Assembly: GCA_964016885.1 (NCBI GenBank)
Contig: OZ024741.1
Location: 190,960,001-191,024,000 of the forward strand
Reading direction: 5' to 3'
DNA: 64,000 nucleotides
Source: Eledone cirrhosa
Taxonomy: Eukaryota
Each line of letters starts with the position of its first letter. Position 1 is the stretch's first letter. The translations under genes and the position numbers were made by a program. The notes beneath the pieces are model-generated. The model made no database searches and was not told where the DNA came from. It worked only from the letters and a program-made list of their open reading frames with translations. Shown here piece by piece: positions 15,090 through 29,410 of the stretch.

Positions 15090-16454
15090 GTATGGTGAAC
15101 TAACTGTTGTGTAACCACTTCTACCTAACTCGTCCCATACTGAGTGCTCTACCACTACGGATATTACCTTCCAGTGTTCTACCACTATATATATATATAT
15201 ATATCATGGTGCTAAGGCAAAGATATTGGAAATCGAGTCTTCTGATAGATCCCATCAGATTAGTGATTCTAGATATTACTGACCTGTTCATTGGTGAAAC
15301 ATGTGTCAGTTATGTAATAAACGTTAGTCCTTTAACTATAAAATGTCAGAATATGAATCAGACTTGCAAGAGAGAGATGTCTGTGGTCTGAGCTGGCTAT
15401 CATTAATACATCTTGTGAAACCATGGATCTGCATTTAGAAAGTTCCTGTCCAAATTGCAGCCATTAGCAACGTTTTTATGAAAGGCAAGCAGTTGCCCAT
15501 GCAGGCAAGTCTTTCACCTTGTGACTGATATGCAATGGAAAAGCAAGAGCCAACACAGCTTGGCATGAGTGTTGTAGCTATTTATTTCAGAATGCAAAGA
15601 ACCCAAACAAATACCAGAATGCTCTAACAAATCTGCCAATCTACTCCCCTGGGTTGATATTTTATTTATCAACTCCAAAAGAATGAAAGGCAAAGTTAAC
15701 CTTTGCAGGATTTGAACTCAAAGTGCAGAGAGTAAGAAAAAACACTTCAAACCAATGCTCTAATGACTCTAATAGTTCAGTGCCTTCATTGATACATAGT
15801 GAATGTTAATCTTTTGTGTCCCCCTGGCATTATTATAAATCTCCATTTATTTTATTCCACTTCATCCATAAGGTAGAAACTCCAGTTACTGGAATATTTT
15901 TACATTTTCCTAGCACTCGTCTTACAAATAACCTCTTAGGAAATGTGTGAAAAATGAAACTTCATGGATCTAATTTCTCCTCTGAAAACGCCCCCCCCCC
16001 CCCTCCCGCCCCTGCACACACACACACACACACAACTAAATTCTCTAGATATTCTTACATATTTACCAGACCTAACATTTACAAATGTTGACATTTTGAT
16101 CATAAATATAGTCATACATAAGCTAGACACTTTTTTAAACACAGTCTAACCTGAAGCAGTTTTAATATTTCAAGAATATATTTATAGACAAATGTTCTTA
16201 CATTGACATAGTATGGTAATGAGTTAAGTCATCCAATGAGACTATATGTTTAAAATATAATCTAGGTCAGGAGTTGGCCACAGGTGGATCATTGGGTGTT
16301 TTCTGGGGACTTTAGACCTTTTCAAATTATTATATGTCAGATATGATATAATATATGATTAGGCTAGGGGCATAACTAAATAATATCAAAAGAAAGTTAC
16401 TATAAAATGAAATTACTAATTCCAGATTGAGCAGGGTCTACAGAATTTATAATA

Positions 16455-16625
16455 AATAATTGTTTCTACTTTAGGCACAAGGCCAGTGCATTACTGGTAC
16501 TTTATTTTATCGACCCCGTAAGGATGAAAGGCAAAGTCAACCTCGGCGGGATTTGAACTCAGATCATAAAGGGACGTAACTATGCTGGAAAGCATGGCAT
16601 CCGACCCTCTACCGATACTGTCAAT
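16455..16625 (-). mobile_element. tRNA-related SINE with Nin/Deu-like central domain
   Basis: Reverse complement has the B-box GAGTTCAAATCC followed by GTTGACTTTGCCTTTCATCCTTACGGGGTCGATAAAATAAAGTACCAG and an ATT tail. Six near-identical copies occur in the window. Confidence 0.8.
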
Positions 16626-16752
16626 AAATAATAAATGCAAATTTCTATGCATGCATCCCCATGGCTTTAGCAAATATAAGCATTGTACTTCTGTATTAAA
16701 GTAAATAAACTACAAGATTAAATATGTTGTTGCACACGAAAGAAAGTTTGCC

Positions 16753-17135
16753 TTTTAATTACAATCAATTCCCTACATTGTGAACTTGTAGAAGAGAGGC
16801 TATGGAGTATCCAAGATTTGATAAATTAAACTGTTTTATTCAAAAATTGGTACAGGTTTAAACCTCACTGAAGGGGCTATGCTAGAGTATTTTAATCATG
16901 CCTCTGTTTTGTACTATTTCATAATTTTACTGGTTCACATAACACTTTTGCTTAATTCTTTTAATTATAATCAATTTACTACATTGTAAACTCCTAGAAG
17001 TGAAGCTATGGAGTGTCTAAGAGTTGATAAGAAAAAAAAAACTGTTTTATTTGAAAACTGAATCTTATCAAAGGAGCTGTTTCAATAATGTTCCTGCTTA
17101 TTACTGGCTCATATCCCATCTTTGCTAAGTTAGTT
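16753..17135. repeat. Old tandem duplication of about 200 bp (2 diverged copies)
   Basis: ttttaatta.aatcaatt..ctacattgt.aact..tagaag.ga.gctatggagt at 16753 and 16959. Confidence 0.6.
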
Positions 17136-17566
17136 TGAGGGTCACAATTCTGTAGAGATTACCTGTTGGTGTATTAAATTAAATAAACTGGAAGCCAAAA
17201 TATGTCTGTGTGACTTTGTAGCATTTCCCTTTCCATATATTTGTATGCAATGATAGATGACAAACACACATATAAACATACTTACGCAAGCAGAAAACTG
17301 CCTGGAAAGCAGTATTTCTACAAGTTAAGAATAAAATTAAGAGAATTTCAAAGTATTCTAAAAGGCATATTTAAAGAAACTCCTGTTGTTTATTATAAAG
17401 TGTAGACAAAAATCTTAGGACAGTTTACATTTACAATAAAAATTTGTTTGTTTTATTGGGTTAATTTGAAACAATTATATTATGAGTTCATAAAAGCCCT
17501 ATACATCTGGAGAGTGCGGTAGGATTTTCATATGTATATATGTATATACGTTTATATACATACATG

Positions 17567-17617
<51 letters not shown>

Positions 17618-17618
<1 letters not shown>

Positions 17619-17885
17619 GATGCAAGTGGCCTAGTGGTAATAGTGTTAGACTTACAATCATAATATCGTGGGTTCGACTCCTGGGTTGTGTGTTGTGTTC
17701 TTGAGAAAAACACTTCATTTCCCGTTGCTCCAGTATACTCAGCTGAAAATGAGTACCAGCAATACCTGGGGATTTAACCCTGTGATGGACTGGCATCCTA
17801 TTCAGCAGTGAGTCTTGTACTCTCAGTTGCTTTACGCCGTAAAATCATGGTAAGCACCGGCTAAATGAGCCTTCTGGCTTGTGAC
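17618..17885 (+). mobile_element. tRNA-derived CORE-type SINE, older subfamily
   Basis: A-box GTGGCCTAGTGG, B-box GGTTCGACTCC, then CORE-like TGTTCTTGAGAAAAACACTT. Confidence 0.65.
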
Positions 17886-17899
17886 AAACTTTAAACTTT

Positions 17900-20650
17900 A
17901 GATATAACCATCATTGTTTAACATAAGTGAGCAAGGTCAGTTTTTATCACCTTGTCCCAGGTTTTTCTTGGTCTACCCACTCTGTAGCTCCCATCAATTT
18001 TCATTGCTCTGCACTTTTTTATAAAGCTGTTGTCCTTCATATGCATCACATGGCCATACCAATGCAATCTGCTCTCCAGAACACCACATTTGATACCTCT
18101 TATGCTTAGTCTCTCTCTCAATTCGTTTTTGCTTCACCATTCAGAGCATGCAAGCTTCATTTCTTTCTAATATATGCAAGTCTTCAGCATACAACGCCCA
18201 GGTCTCACTACTATGTAATATTGCTGTTCGTATACATGCATTATACAATCTGCCTTTCACTTTTAGAGAAAAACCCCTTGTGGTCAGCAGCAGTATTAGC
18301 TCTCTGAACTTTTTCCTTCCCATTTTAACTCTGGCTACTGTACTTTCAGAGCACCCTCCTCCACTACTGATTTTGTCAGGGCAGTTGAAGGAGATAGCAT
18401 CCAGTGGGCACTTGCTACTTACTGCACCGGAGCATCGGCCACATATAAAATATACATTCTTAGATAGCTTACCTGTGATCCCACTACATCTTTTATGTGT
18501 CCATAGTTTGCATTTGGGGCATAGAATGGAATTTCTACCTACTCCCTTCTTACACACTGAGCATGGCCATTTCCCAGAGGCCACCTGTGTCCTATTTTCC
18601 TTTCTACATACTAGAATTTTAGTCTTAGACAAGTTAACTCTAAGTCCTTTTTATTCTAGGCCATGCTTCCATGTTTGGAACTTCCTCTCTAGTTCAGCCA
18701 TAGATTCAGCTATGAGAGTTAGATCATCTGCATATAGAAGTTCCCATGGGCAGCCAATCTTAAACCCTTCTGTTATAGCCTATAGGACAATAATAAACAG
18801 GAAGGGGCATGGAGCCCTGGTGAACCCCTTCTATTATGCAAAATTCTTCACTATATTCATTGTTAATTCTAACCTTGCTGACTGTTCCTCTATACATAGC
18901 TTGTATAACTCTCACAAGCCACTCATCAACTCCTAGCTTTCTAAGAGCCCACCAGATTAAGGTGTGTGGGACTCTGTCAAAGGCTTTCTCCAAGTCAACA
19001 AAAGTTAAGTAGAGGGGTTTACTTTTAGCTAGGTACTTCTGTAGTTGCCATACAAGGAAAAGAGCATCCATGGTGCTTTTAACTGGTACAAACCCAAACT
19101 GCATTTCATCTAGATCAATTCGGTCCCTAATCAGTTGAGTAATAACTCTTTCTGTGACTTTCATGACCTGGTCAACTAACTTAATGTCCCAATAGTTTTC
19201 TCTATCTAGGACATTTCCTTTGCCCTTGTAACAGTTGATGATGCTGCTTCTACGCTAGTCATTTAGTATGACCCCATTCTGTATTACTTGGTTTACTATC
19301 TGGGTGACCATAGTATGTCCCACCATTCCAGATGTCTTCAACATTTCAGCAACTATCCCTGAATGCCCAGCTGATTTGCTTGTCTTCATATCTCTGATTC
19401 CCTTACTTACTATACTACCATTAACTTGCACAGCTGGTCCTTCTGTTGGATTAATGTGGGCCCGACTATCTTTATTCCATTCATTCTCTTCATTTAGTAG
19501 TCTCTCGTAGTGACACTTCCAAGCTACCTTCTTATCAGTATTAGTGAGGGCAAGTATACCATTGTCATTACGAACACAAATCTCCCCAACAATATCACAA
19601 TTCTTCTTGACACATTGCTTCGCAATCCTGAACACCTCAAGTCTTTAGTCCTCACGTTGTAGAATATGCTTGAACTTACTATCCTCTGCTTCCCCCTTTG
19701 CAAAGTATACTTGTTGTCTAGCTTCTCTCTTAGTAGAGTTCTATACTACCCCAAGCCTGCTTTTTGCCCTTTATGGACTCTTCCACCTTACTGTTTCACC
19801 ACCATGTCACTCTCCTCCTGCCTAAAGGTCTGCTCCAGCCACAGATTTCATCAGTCGCCTTCAGCAGGTTAACTTTCAGGAATTCCCACTGTTTCTCTAT
19901 ATTGCTCTTCTTTACCATCGAAAGCATCAAGTAATATGCTTTTAAATTTGTTACTGGCTGTGGGGTTCTTCAACTTCCATAATCTTCTCCTTAAGGTATT
20001 CCTCTTCTGGCGAGTACGTCAGGCTCTGACTATGAGGTCACTAACTATTAAGTTAAGGTGCATTCTTTGGAGGGACTTAGTGTTCATAACAGATACTCTG
20101 TCTCGTTTTCTAGTAAGGATAAAATCTATCTGGCTGGTGTGCTCCCCTGATCTATATGTGATCAAGTGACTGTCACATTTTTTTAAAGTTTGTGTTACAG
20201 ATAGTTGGGTCATTTGCATCACAGAATTCCAGGATCCTGAAGCCATAACCTCCATGGACTCCATCATAGTCATCACAATGTTGTCCAACATGACCAAGCC
20301 ATCCAGAAAAGCTTATAGCACCGTTTTTTGCCCACAATGAATCCAGCAGACCCACCCCTCCACCTAGTCTCTTGAATACAACAAACATCAACTTCCTTAC
20401 GTTCAAGCATCTCTACCACCTCATTTGAGTGACTTTTCAATGTGCCTACATTCATGGTTCCAACTCGGAAGTTTTGGGATTTCACTGGGAGGGAGGAAGG
20501 GATGGGATGGGGGCACAGGGAGGAGAGTGGGAGATGGAATTATGTTGGTCTTGGTCTTCCATGTCTGAAATAAAGAGGAGCGCTTGCATGCTCTCCTGGA
20601 GATGGGAGGTGAATTTATCTTTGTCATTATCATTATGAGTGAAAGAGTAA
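17900..20650 (-). mobile_element. Decayed near-full-length RTE-clade LINE (APE endonuclease, RT, PHD-like Cys cluster)
   Basis: Minus peptides: FRVGTMNVGTL...EVDVCCIQETRWRG (EN), SQIDFIL, EMQFGFVP...LTFVDLEKAFDRVP, GVHQGS, WELLYADDL, WPCSVCKKGVGRNSILCPKCKLWTHKRC, RLHWYGHV...GRPRKTW. Many frameshifts. Confidence 0.95.
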
Positions 20651-22548
20651 AGATATGAAGACTGGGAAGGCAACCGGTCCATCGGGTATAGCTGCTGAGA
20701 TGCTGAAAGCATCTGGGTTGGTAAGTCACACCATAACCACATGTATTATTAACCAGGTAATACTAGAGGGTATCATACCAAAGGATTGGTGCAGCGGCAT
20801 CATTGTCAACTGCCACAGGGATAAAGGAGATGCACTAGATAGAGGAAACTATAGAGGTATAAAGCTGATTGACCAGGTCATGAAAGTAACGAAAAGAGTT
20901 ATAGCACAGTTGATTAGGGACCGGGTAAAACTAGATGAGATGCAGTTTGGATTTGTGCCAGGGAAAAGCACCACTGATGCTCTCTTCCTTCTGAGGGAGT
21001 TACAGGAAAAGTACCTAGCTAAAAGTAAGCCGCTCTACCTGGCATTTGTTGATCTGGAAAAACCCTTTGACACTCTGCCTTATGCTATAATCTGGTGGGC
21101 TCTTAGAAAACTAGGAGTAGACGAATGGCTTGTGAAAGCCGTACAAGCCATGTATAGGGGAGCAGTCAGCAAAGTTAGGGTTAACAATGATGGTGTCCAC
21201 CAGGGTTCTGTTCTTAGCCCTCTCCTGTTTATTATAGCAGATTATAACAGAAGAGTTTAAGACTGGATGCCCATGGGAACTTCTGTATGAGAATGATCTT
21301 ACACTTATAGCGTAATCTATGGCATAACTAAAGAAGAAATTCCAAACATGGAAGTAGGGACTAGAAAGAAGGGGTCTCAAAGTCAACCTGACAAAGACTA
21401 AGGTCCTTGTAAGTAGACTAGAAAACAGAACCCAGATCCCCACAGGGAAATGGCCTTGCTCAGGATGTAGGAAATGTGTAGGTAGGCATTCCATCCTCTG
21501 CCCAAAATGCAAACTATGGGTACACAAGAGATGTAGTGGGGTCTCAGGAAGTTTAGTTAGGAATGTAGGCTTTATATGTAGCAGTTGCATCTGGAACAGT
21601 AAGCAGCAAACAGCCACAGGAAACAAGTACTACCAAACTCTGGGAGGGCTCTGTAGAAACAGTAGACAGCTTCTGCTACCTAGGTGACCAAATTAGCAGC
21701 GGAGGTGGGTGTTCTAAAAGTACAGTAACCAGGGTAAGAGGGGGATTGAAGAAGTTCAGAGAGCTACTACCACTGCTAGCTGCAAATGGCTTTTCCCTCA
21801 AAATGAAAAGCAGACTGTATGATGCGTGTATCCGAACAGCAATGTTACATGGTAGTGAGACCTGGGCACTGTGTGTAGAAGACTTGCGTAGACTAGAAAG
21901 CTTGCATGCTCCGATGGATGTGTAACAGTAATATACATGAACAGCAAATCATAAATAAATTGAGAGAGACTGAGCATAAGAGGAATCAAATGCTGTGTGC
22001 AGGAGAGGTTGTGTTGGTATGGACATATGATGCGTATGAAGGATGACAGCTGCATAAAAAGGAGCAGAGCACTAAAAGTCGATGGAAACCATGGAGTGGG
22101 GAGACCGAAGAAGACCTGGGACGAGGTGATAAAAGCTGACCTTGCCCAATTGCACCTCTCAAAGGTGATGACACAGAACTGTGACCTCTAGTGTTACGCA
22201 GTAATACAGAAGACCCGACTTCCCACGGGTACAAGCCGAAGCTGAAGCATATAGACAGTATGCCCCCACCTCCTCCCACTGCAAAGTGGTCGTGGAGGTG
22301 TCACAACAAAAAAGTACCCAGCCCACACTGTAAAGTGGACGTGTAGGCGCCACAGTAAAAAAGCACCCAGCACTCACTGTAAATGAGGTTGGTGTTAGGA
22401 AGGGCATCCAGCTGTAGAAATCAAGCCGGAATCAGTTCCCGTATGAGCAAGACAAGGTCACCCGACCTGGCATTGCCCACAACAGGACAACCCGTCTAAC
22501 CCATGCTAGCGTGGAAGAATGGACATAAAACAGTGATGATGATGATGA
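20651..22548 (+). mobile_element. 5'-truncated RTE-clade LINE (RT region, 3' UTR, (GAT)n tail)
   Basis: MKTGKATGPSG...NYRGIKL...QFGFVPGKSTTDA...AFVDLEK...GVHQGSVLSPLLF. The 3' UTR has about 48-bp subrepeats and ends CCCATGCTAGCGTGGAA...(GAT)n. Confidence 0.95.
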
Positions 22549-23022
22549 TATATATATATATATATATAACCCATGCTAGCGTGGAAAAATGGAGTAAAAC
22601 AATGATGATAATGATGATGATGATGACGATGATGAAGACGAAGATGATGTTGTATATATATATACATATATATATATGTAATTATGGGATGAAGCTTATT
22701 GAATAGAATGGACATATCTTCAGTTGTTTCCTAATTCATTAATTTAATTAAGACTGTATTACTAAAATCAAAACCCAACTGATTAGAGTGTACACATATT
22801 TGAGATACCTGGACTGATGCTGGTGGCAGTCTGAATGTAACCATCATGTGCAGGTAATGTTAGGTAATGTTAGTATGTATTACATACGTTGGCAGGAATC
22901 GTGTCAGCAGGAATTTGCCTCCTTGTAATGGAAAATTCTGTATGGCATGCTAGTACATCCCATTGCTGGACACAAGTGAATATAGTAGTTGTACTCCTCA
23001 ACTTTCAATATATATATATAAA

Positions 23023-23503
23023 TTCCGACCTCACACACTTACACCTCCCCAAGACAATGTCACTGGACCGAGATCTTTGGCGCTACACAGTAATACAGAA
23101 GACCCGCCTTGCCTAAGTACAAAGCGAAACCTACAGTCAGTAGGCACCTCTTAACAAAAATACACCCCCGTCCCACTACCCCCACCCCATCCACACCACC
23201 CCTTTCAATGTAAAGTTATGTTGGTACCACAACATCCAGTCCAAAACAAATGAGGTCGTGCAGGTGTCACGACAAAAAAATACACAGTCCACGCTGTAAT
23301 GTGGCTGTGTAGGTAACACGGTAAAAACCTCCCAGTCCACACTGTAAACGTGGTTGGTGTTAGGAAGGGCATCCAGCTGTAGAAAACCCGCCAGACAGTC
23401 CTATACGAGCAAGACAACCAATCTTGCCTCAAGTGGGAACATTCCCGTCCAAACCCATGCTAGCGTGGAAGATGGACGTTAAACGATGATGATGATGATG
23501 ATG
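23023..23503 (+). mobile_element. RTE LINE 3' end fragment (second subfamily)
   Basis: SDLTHLHL...DRDLWRYTVIQKTR, 3' UTR with TGTTAGGAAGGGCATCCAGCTGTAGAAA, (GAT)n tail into (TA)n. Confidence 0.85.
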
Positions 23504-24176
23504 ATATATATATATATATATATATATATCACATTTGTATATTATACATACATACACTCACACACATACAGTTAATAGAAGTAATTGTCTTGAAACTGTT
23601 GTTACTCATTTAACACCCCTAAAGAACTGGGCTAAGAAGTCCTCTTCTAAACTACAATAAGTAGTCCTTAAAGATTAATCTGATATTTTCAGAGGAGAGG
23701 AGGCCATTAGGAAGTATAATAATGATGTGACAAATAAGGGGCTATAGTTTATTAGAGCAACACTTTTCTCACACAATACTTTGAACCAGCTAAGATATGG
23801 CATTGTTGTGAGAGTATAATTACTCTTAAGGAGACACAAGCTACAGTCAAGCTTCTTATTAATATCTAATTGTAAGAAAGAAAAATGATTTTCTTGCGAT
23901 AAATTTAGTGTGGGAAAGAATGTCTATTTAAGAAAAACAGATTATGTGGTAACATTTAACAATAGTTTTATCAGTAAAACAAAATGGTAAACAACAAAAT
24001 TAGCAAATATTAACAGTTTAATCTTATCCAATACTATTATTTTATGACTTCTACTTAAAAGTGAAGTTGAAATTATTTGAAAAAATTTCATCTTTAATTC
24101 TTTTACTTGTTTTTAAAACTATCTATAAATTGTCTATAAATTCAAGCAGCATTTTAATTGCTGTTCCTGGGAAGAA

Positions 24177-24335
24177 AAATAATTGTTTCTACTTTTGGCA
24201 CAAGGCCAGCAATTATTCCAGTGTATTACTGGTACTTTATTTTATCGACCCCGTAAGGATGAAAGGCAAAGTTAACCTCGGCGGTAACTCTTTGCTGCAA
24301 AGCATGGCGTCCGACCCTCTACCGATACTGCCAAT
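24177..24335 (-). mobile_element. Nin/Deu-domain SINE copy (internal deletion)
   Basis: Near identity to the 16455-16625 copy. Confidence 0.8.
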
Positions 24336-26929
24336 CCAATGGTCTTTGCTTGTTAAAGATAAAGATATTGCATGAGATTGATATGGTTGGTAATTTAAAA
24401 ACCATATTATTGAAAGCTCTTTGATGATGTGGTTGGTAGATTATATGGTGATATGATTGAATAATCTTTGGTGTTATTTTGAAATAAATTTCTAACTTTA
24501 GATGCAACCTGCAGTGATATTTTCTTGGGTGGCAATTTGGTGAAATCCGCATCAAACCTAAACTTTAGCATCTGATAAACTGAAGTTTGGAAGCTGAGAA
24601 AATATCTGTTGCTCTCTGATAGGTTTCTCTTCAAAGCCATAGTAGTGGAATTTCAGGCATCCTGGGTTTCCTAACCATCTCTCTTCTCAGTACGATCAAG
24701 ATAGAGATGGCCATCCACAAGACAGAATGGCTCTTCCAGTACATCTTCCTTGCCATCTTCAAAGTAATGCATTTAGGATTTTGTCTGCCAGGACCATAGA
24801 TATTTACATGACTCTTTGTGATTTATGGGATACTCGAGAATCTGCAAATTACTTTTTATAACAGATGTAACCATTTTGATGTTCTGGTTGAATAGACTAT
24901 GGTTATGTGATTTATAAATATTTTTAATGAGTAACATTACAAGAACAGAGGGCCATTCTAAGGTGATGAAACTTGTGCAACAAAATACAAATTTAGAGTA
25001 ATTTCAGGACCACAGAACAGGATAATAATTTGGATAGGAGTGATGTATACTACATCTGGTAATGTCTGATGTAGTTAGTTTCCATCTTTAAATTGATGCT
25101 TCTTGGTGCATCTTTACTTATTTGTACATGTGTCAGTATTCATCTGGGATGGTTTCAGCCAGCTTCTACCAGTGAATCCACAGCATAATGAACAGAAATA
25201 TGCCATGTTCATTGATTAAGATATGCAATATGGATAGCATCAACCATTAGTATTTCCAGCAGTAGGTAACATATATGCAAGGATAAGATAGCAATTTAAG
25301 ATCTTATCATACTAACCAGCATTTTAGCTGTCTACCACATCTTAGGAGGGGCTCTGGCATCCCGAAAAAAATTTGCCTTGTGAACAATGGGATATGTGAT
25401 TAAACCAACAGGGGTACCTTTTCAGTAGTTGTTGAAAAGAATCAATCCAAATTTCAGAGTTTAACACAATTTTGTGTGTTGGATTTACCTTTGATTATAA
25501 AAATGGTGTATAGTGTCTAGAAGTTATCACTAGAGTAACTTAATGTTAATATGTGAAATGGGATGACGTTTTGGTTATATAAATAGTATATACCATTTGA
25601 TGCAAAAACTGCCTGAAGCCATCTTGGATTTATGATGCAAAGTTGCTCATTTTAAAATGTTTATATTTATATTAAATTTTTTTATCATAATCTAACTTAA
25701 GAAATTTTTGTTAAATAATATTCCAAATATCAGCTAAAAATGAAAGAGTTGATTATTTTATTAAATTTCACCAAATATTTAATTATTAAAAAAAAATTAA
25801 TTGAAACATACAGGCAGTCTCTTTCATTAAAGGGATATATTGTTCAGATACTACTACTTGAGCAACATAATGTTAATATGTGAAATGAGAAGAGTATTTG
25901 AATTTAACATTCATCATGAAAAACAAAGATCAAGTAATTTTTCCATCTGCAGATATATTATATTTCAGTTTTGCCATTTTAAACTATTATTGAACTAATC
26001 CATAATAGAATATTTGAGAAATTTAGATAACATGTGACAGGGGGCTTATGTAGTTTTTCAATAAAATCTATAACCTTTTACCTTGACTCTGAATGAGTTG
26101 TGGTTTGTAGTGTTGGTGGTGCTACTACAGACATCTCACTGCTACCATGACTACCAACTCAATAAAACATTTGAATATAAATTTGAAAACAGAGGTAATG
26201 GAGATGAGTTTCAGCTAGATCCTTTCAACAAAATCTCCATACAGTTTCTGATATCCAAATGGCTAAATGTCAACAGAAGAGCACCCAGGAGTTATGACCT
26301 GGATGCGGCTTGGTCCCCTTAGAGTGTAACAAGTTAAGGGCTGAAACACTCACTTGACTAAGGTTTCTTCTCTGAAGACCTTCTGCTGTCCAACTCCCTT
26401 GAGAGTTTCTGACCACTATTATCTCATATTGAAAGGTCTAATCTCCCACAATCAATATTCTTTTATAGAATTAACCTGTTTATGCACAATTAACCTGTTT
26501 TAACAGCTGTTAACACCAGTCCACAGTAGTATTTCTTGTTTTGGGCACACATAACTCTTCTTACCCCATCATTGAGTGAATCAGGAATAACATTATTGAG
26601 TAAATTTACTCTGAACTTGACCACAGCTTGAGAAGCTGTAACCCTTATATAATATGTACAATTTTAATGTAAAACTTGTGACCTTCTGTCTTTCTTTACA
26701 CATCATAACTCTGTCTTTATTATCATATATAATTCTATATTACAACATATTAATATATATTATTCCAATGCTTAATGAGCCAACACCTATACCTCATAGT
26801 TATTTGTTCTCACACAAATTTGTTATGTATGTAAATAATATGATCTAATGAAATCTTGCATTCTATGTAACCTTGCAATGGAAGAAAGGTCCATACTCAT
26901 GCTCTCTGGCCTATTATTCCTCATAGTTT

Positions 26930-28155
26930 GCTAGTTTATACCCTGCTACACTCATAAGTTTTACTCCTAGTTTGTACTTTACAATTCCTAGTAGTAGTTA
27001 CTCCTGGTCTATACTCTACAATTCCTAACAGATTTCCTGTTTATGCTGTGCTATTTTCATAAGTTTTACTCTTGGTTTATACTCTGTTGTTCCCAGTAGT
27101 CTTACTCCTGATCTCTGCTCTACAATTCCCAGTAGTCTTACTCCTGATCTATGTTCTACAATTCTCAGTAGTCTTACTCCTGATCTATGTTCTACAATTC
27201 CCAGTAGTCTTACTCCTGATCTCTGCTCTACAATTCCCAGTAGTCTTACTCCTGATCTATGTTCTACAATTCCCAGTAGTCTTACTCCTGATCTATGTTC
27301 TACAATTCCCAGTAGTCTTACTCCTGATCTCTGCTCTACAATTCCCAGTAGTCTTACTCCTGATCTATGTTCTACAATTCCCAATAGTCTTACTCCTGAT
27401 CTCTGCTCTACAATTCCCAGTAGTCTTACTCCTGATCTATGTTCTACAATTCCCAGTAGTCTTACTCCTGATCTATGTTCTACAATTCCCAGTAGTCTTA
27501 CTCCTGATCTATGCTCTACAATTCCCAGTAGTCTTACTCCTGATCTATGTTCTACAATTCCCAGTAGTCTTACTCCTGATCTATGTTCTACAATTCCCAG
27601 TAGTCTTACTCCTGATCTCTGCTCTACAATTCCCAGTAGTCTTACTCCTGATCTATGTTCTACAATTCTCAGTAGTCTTACTCCTAATCTCTGCTCTACA
27701 ATTCCCAGTAGTCTTACTCCTGATATATGTTCTACAATTCCCAGTAGTCTTACTCCTGATCTATGTTCTACAATTCCCAGTAGTCTTACTCCTGATCTAT
27801 GTTCTACAATTCCCAGTAGTTTTACTCCTAATCTATGTTCTACAATTCCCAGTAGTCTTACTCCTGATCTATGCTCTACAATTCTCAGTAGTCTTACTCC
27901 TGATCTATGTTCTACAATTCCCAGTAGTCTTACTCCTGATCTATGTTCTACAATTCCCAGTAGTCTTACTCCTAATCTATACTCTGCAATTCTCATGTTT
28001 TATGAGGTCTATAATGAACAATTCCTAGCAGTTTTAATCCTGATCTATTCTCTGCTATTCCCAACAGTTTTAAACTTGGTCTATATTATGTTATTCTCAG
28101 TAGACCTATGCCTGGTCTATACTATGCTATTCCTAGTAGACTTACTCCTGCTATA
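26930..28155. repeat. 36-bp minisatellite (about 25 homogeneous core copies at 27090-27990, degenerate flanks)
   Basis: Unit TTCCCAGTAGTCTTACTCCTGATCTATGTTCTACAA. It yields 12-aa repeat ORFs on both strands. Confidence 0.97.
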
Positions 28156-29239
28156 TAATCTAAATAACACAAACTAACGACACTCAACAATTTAAAATTT
28201 ACACATTAATCTGTAAAAAATAAACATTTCTATTATTTCTTTATTTACAAATTCCATAGACTTGGATTGTTCAACCAATCAGCAACATAATTTGATGATC
28301 TGATAAATTAATTGACTAACCACAATTGTTGTATTATCTGGTTGATGAGCAATATGTTGGCATCTGCAAAGGGTTTTAACAATTATTATACAAGTCTTAC
28401 AAAGCACATGCATTGAAAAATGCTCCAGACCTTTTAATTTTAATTATTTTAGTTATTGCAAAATAAAAAGTAAGAATTTACATTGTAGTAATATTTAACA
28501 TGGAAAACTTTGTTTATTTTATGTACATTGACTGAGGACAATAGCACAAAATGACCAACTTTGTAAGTAATGTCTTTTAAGGTGCATTTTATTTCCAGTT
28601 GTAAGTTTATTTTAGTCCTCACATTTAAATACAATATTGTAAAAAAATTTCACTATAGCACAATGCTTTCATTATTGTAATCCTGTGGCTGTGTCATGGC
28701 CTCTTCTTGCATTCTTGTTGTCTGGGATGATCATGTTGCAACATGAATTTACCATGTATAAATTAAGTTGCATGAAAATAAAAAATAACAACAAAAAACA
28801 ACTAAGCATATAAATGTCAGATGTTCTGTGGTCTAATTAGGAGCAACTTGTGTAATGAAACACTGGTGGTATACACCAAAAAGTATTTTGCATAATCTAG
28901 TTACAAATGCATTTGAATAGAAGCTTTGAATTATTAATCATTTTACATAGAAATGAAAGAATTAAAACAAAAAACAAAAAAACAATAAAAAAGTGAACAA
29001 AAAGTCGATATAAAAGTAGAGTTTTTTTTATTATATCTAACAATGTTGCAATGTTGTGTAAAGTTGGGACAAAGGTTTAAAGATGCTTTACCAATGTTTT
29101 AGAATATATGTAGCTACTTAATTGAAATAGGAAGTAAATAATGCAGGCTTGATGCTCGTATGGCCAAAGATTGGTTTTCATATGATATAAGACAGTTTGA
29201 GGTCAGGTTAATATAACAAATCTTTATTACTAGTTAATG

Positions 29240-29410
<171 letters not shown>

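Larger units (their letters stand above)
13925..15187 (+). mobile_element. 5'-truncated Penelope-like element (GIY-YIG remnant) with a 3' pseudo-LTR and an inverted 5' pseudo-LTR copy (family A)
   Basis: Frameshifted + strand peptides IWFSHPF.NVKTNVGKQFLALLDRHFP.DHKYRSIFNRHKVKLGYSC and YVGMAEGRFKERFLNHQSTF...TKLASHVWSLKD...LNMRNEFFTRCPH. 13925-14129 is an inverted copy of 14915-15122. Both ends abut (TA)n. Confidence 0.9.

Noticed and set aside
26083-26322. 79-aa ORF with a signal-peptide-like start
   Set aside because: Starts at TTG, shows no recognisable homology or splice support, and is expected by chance.
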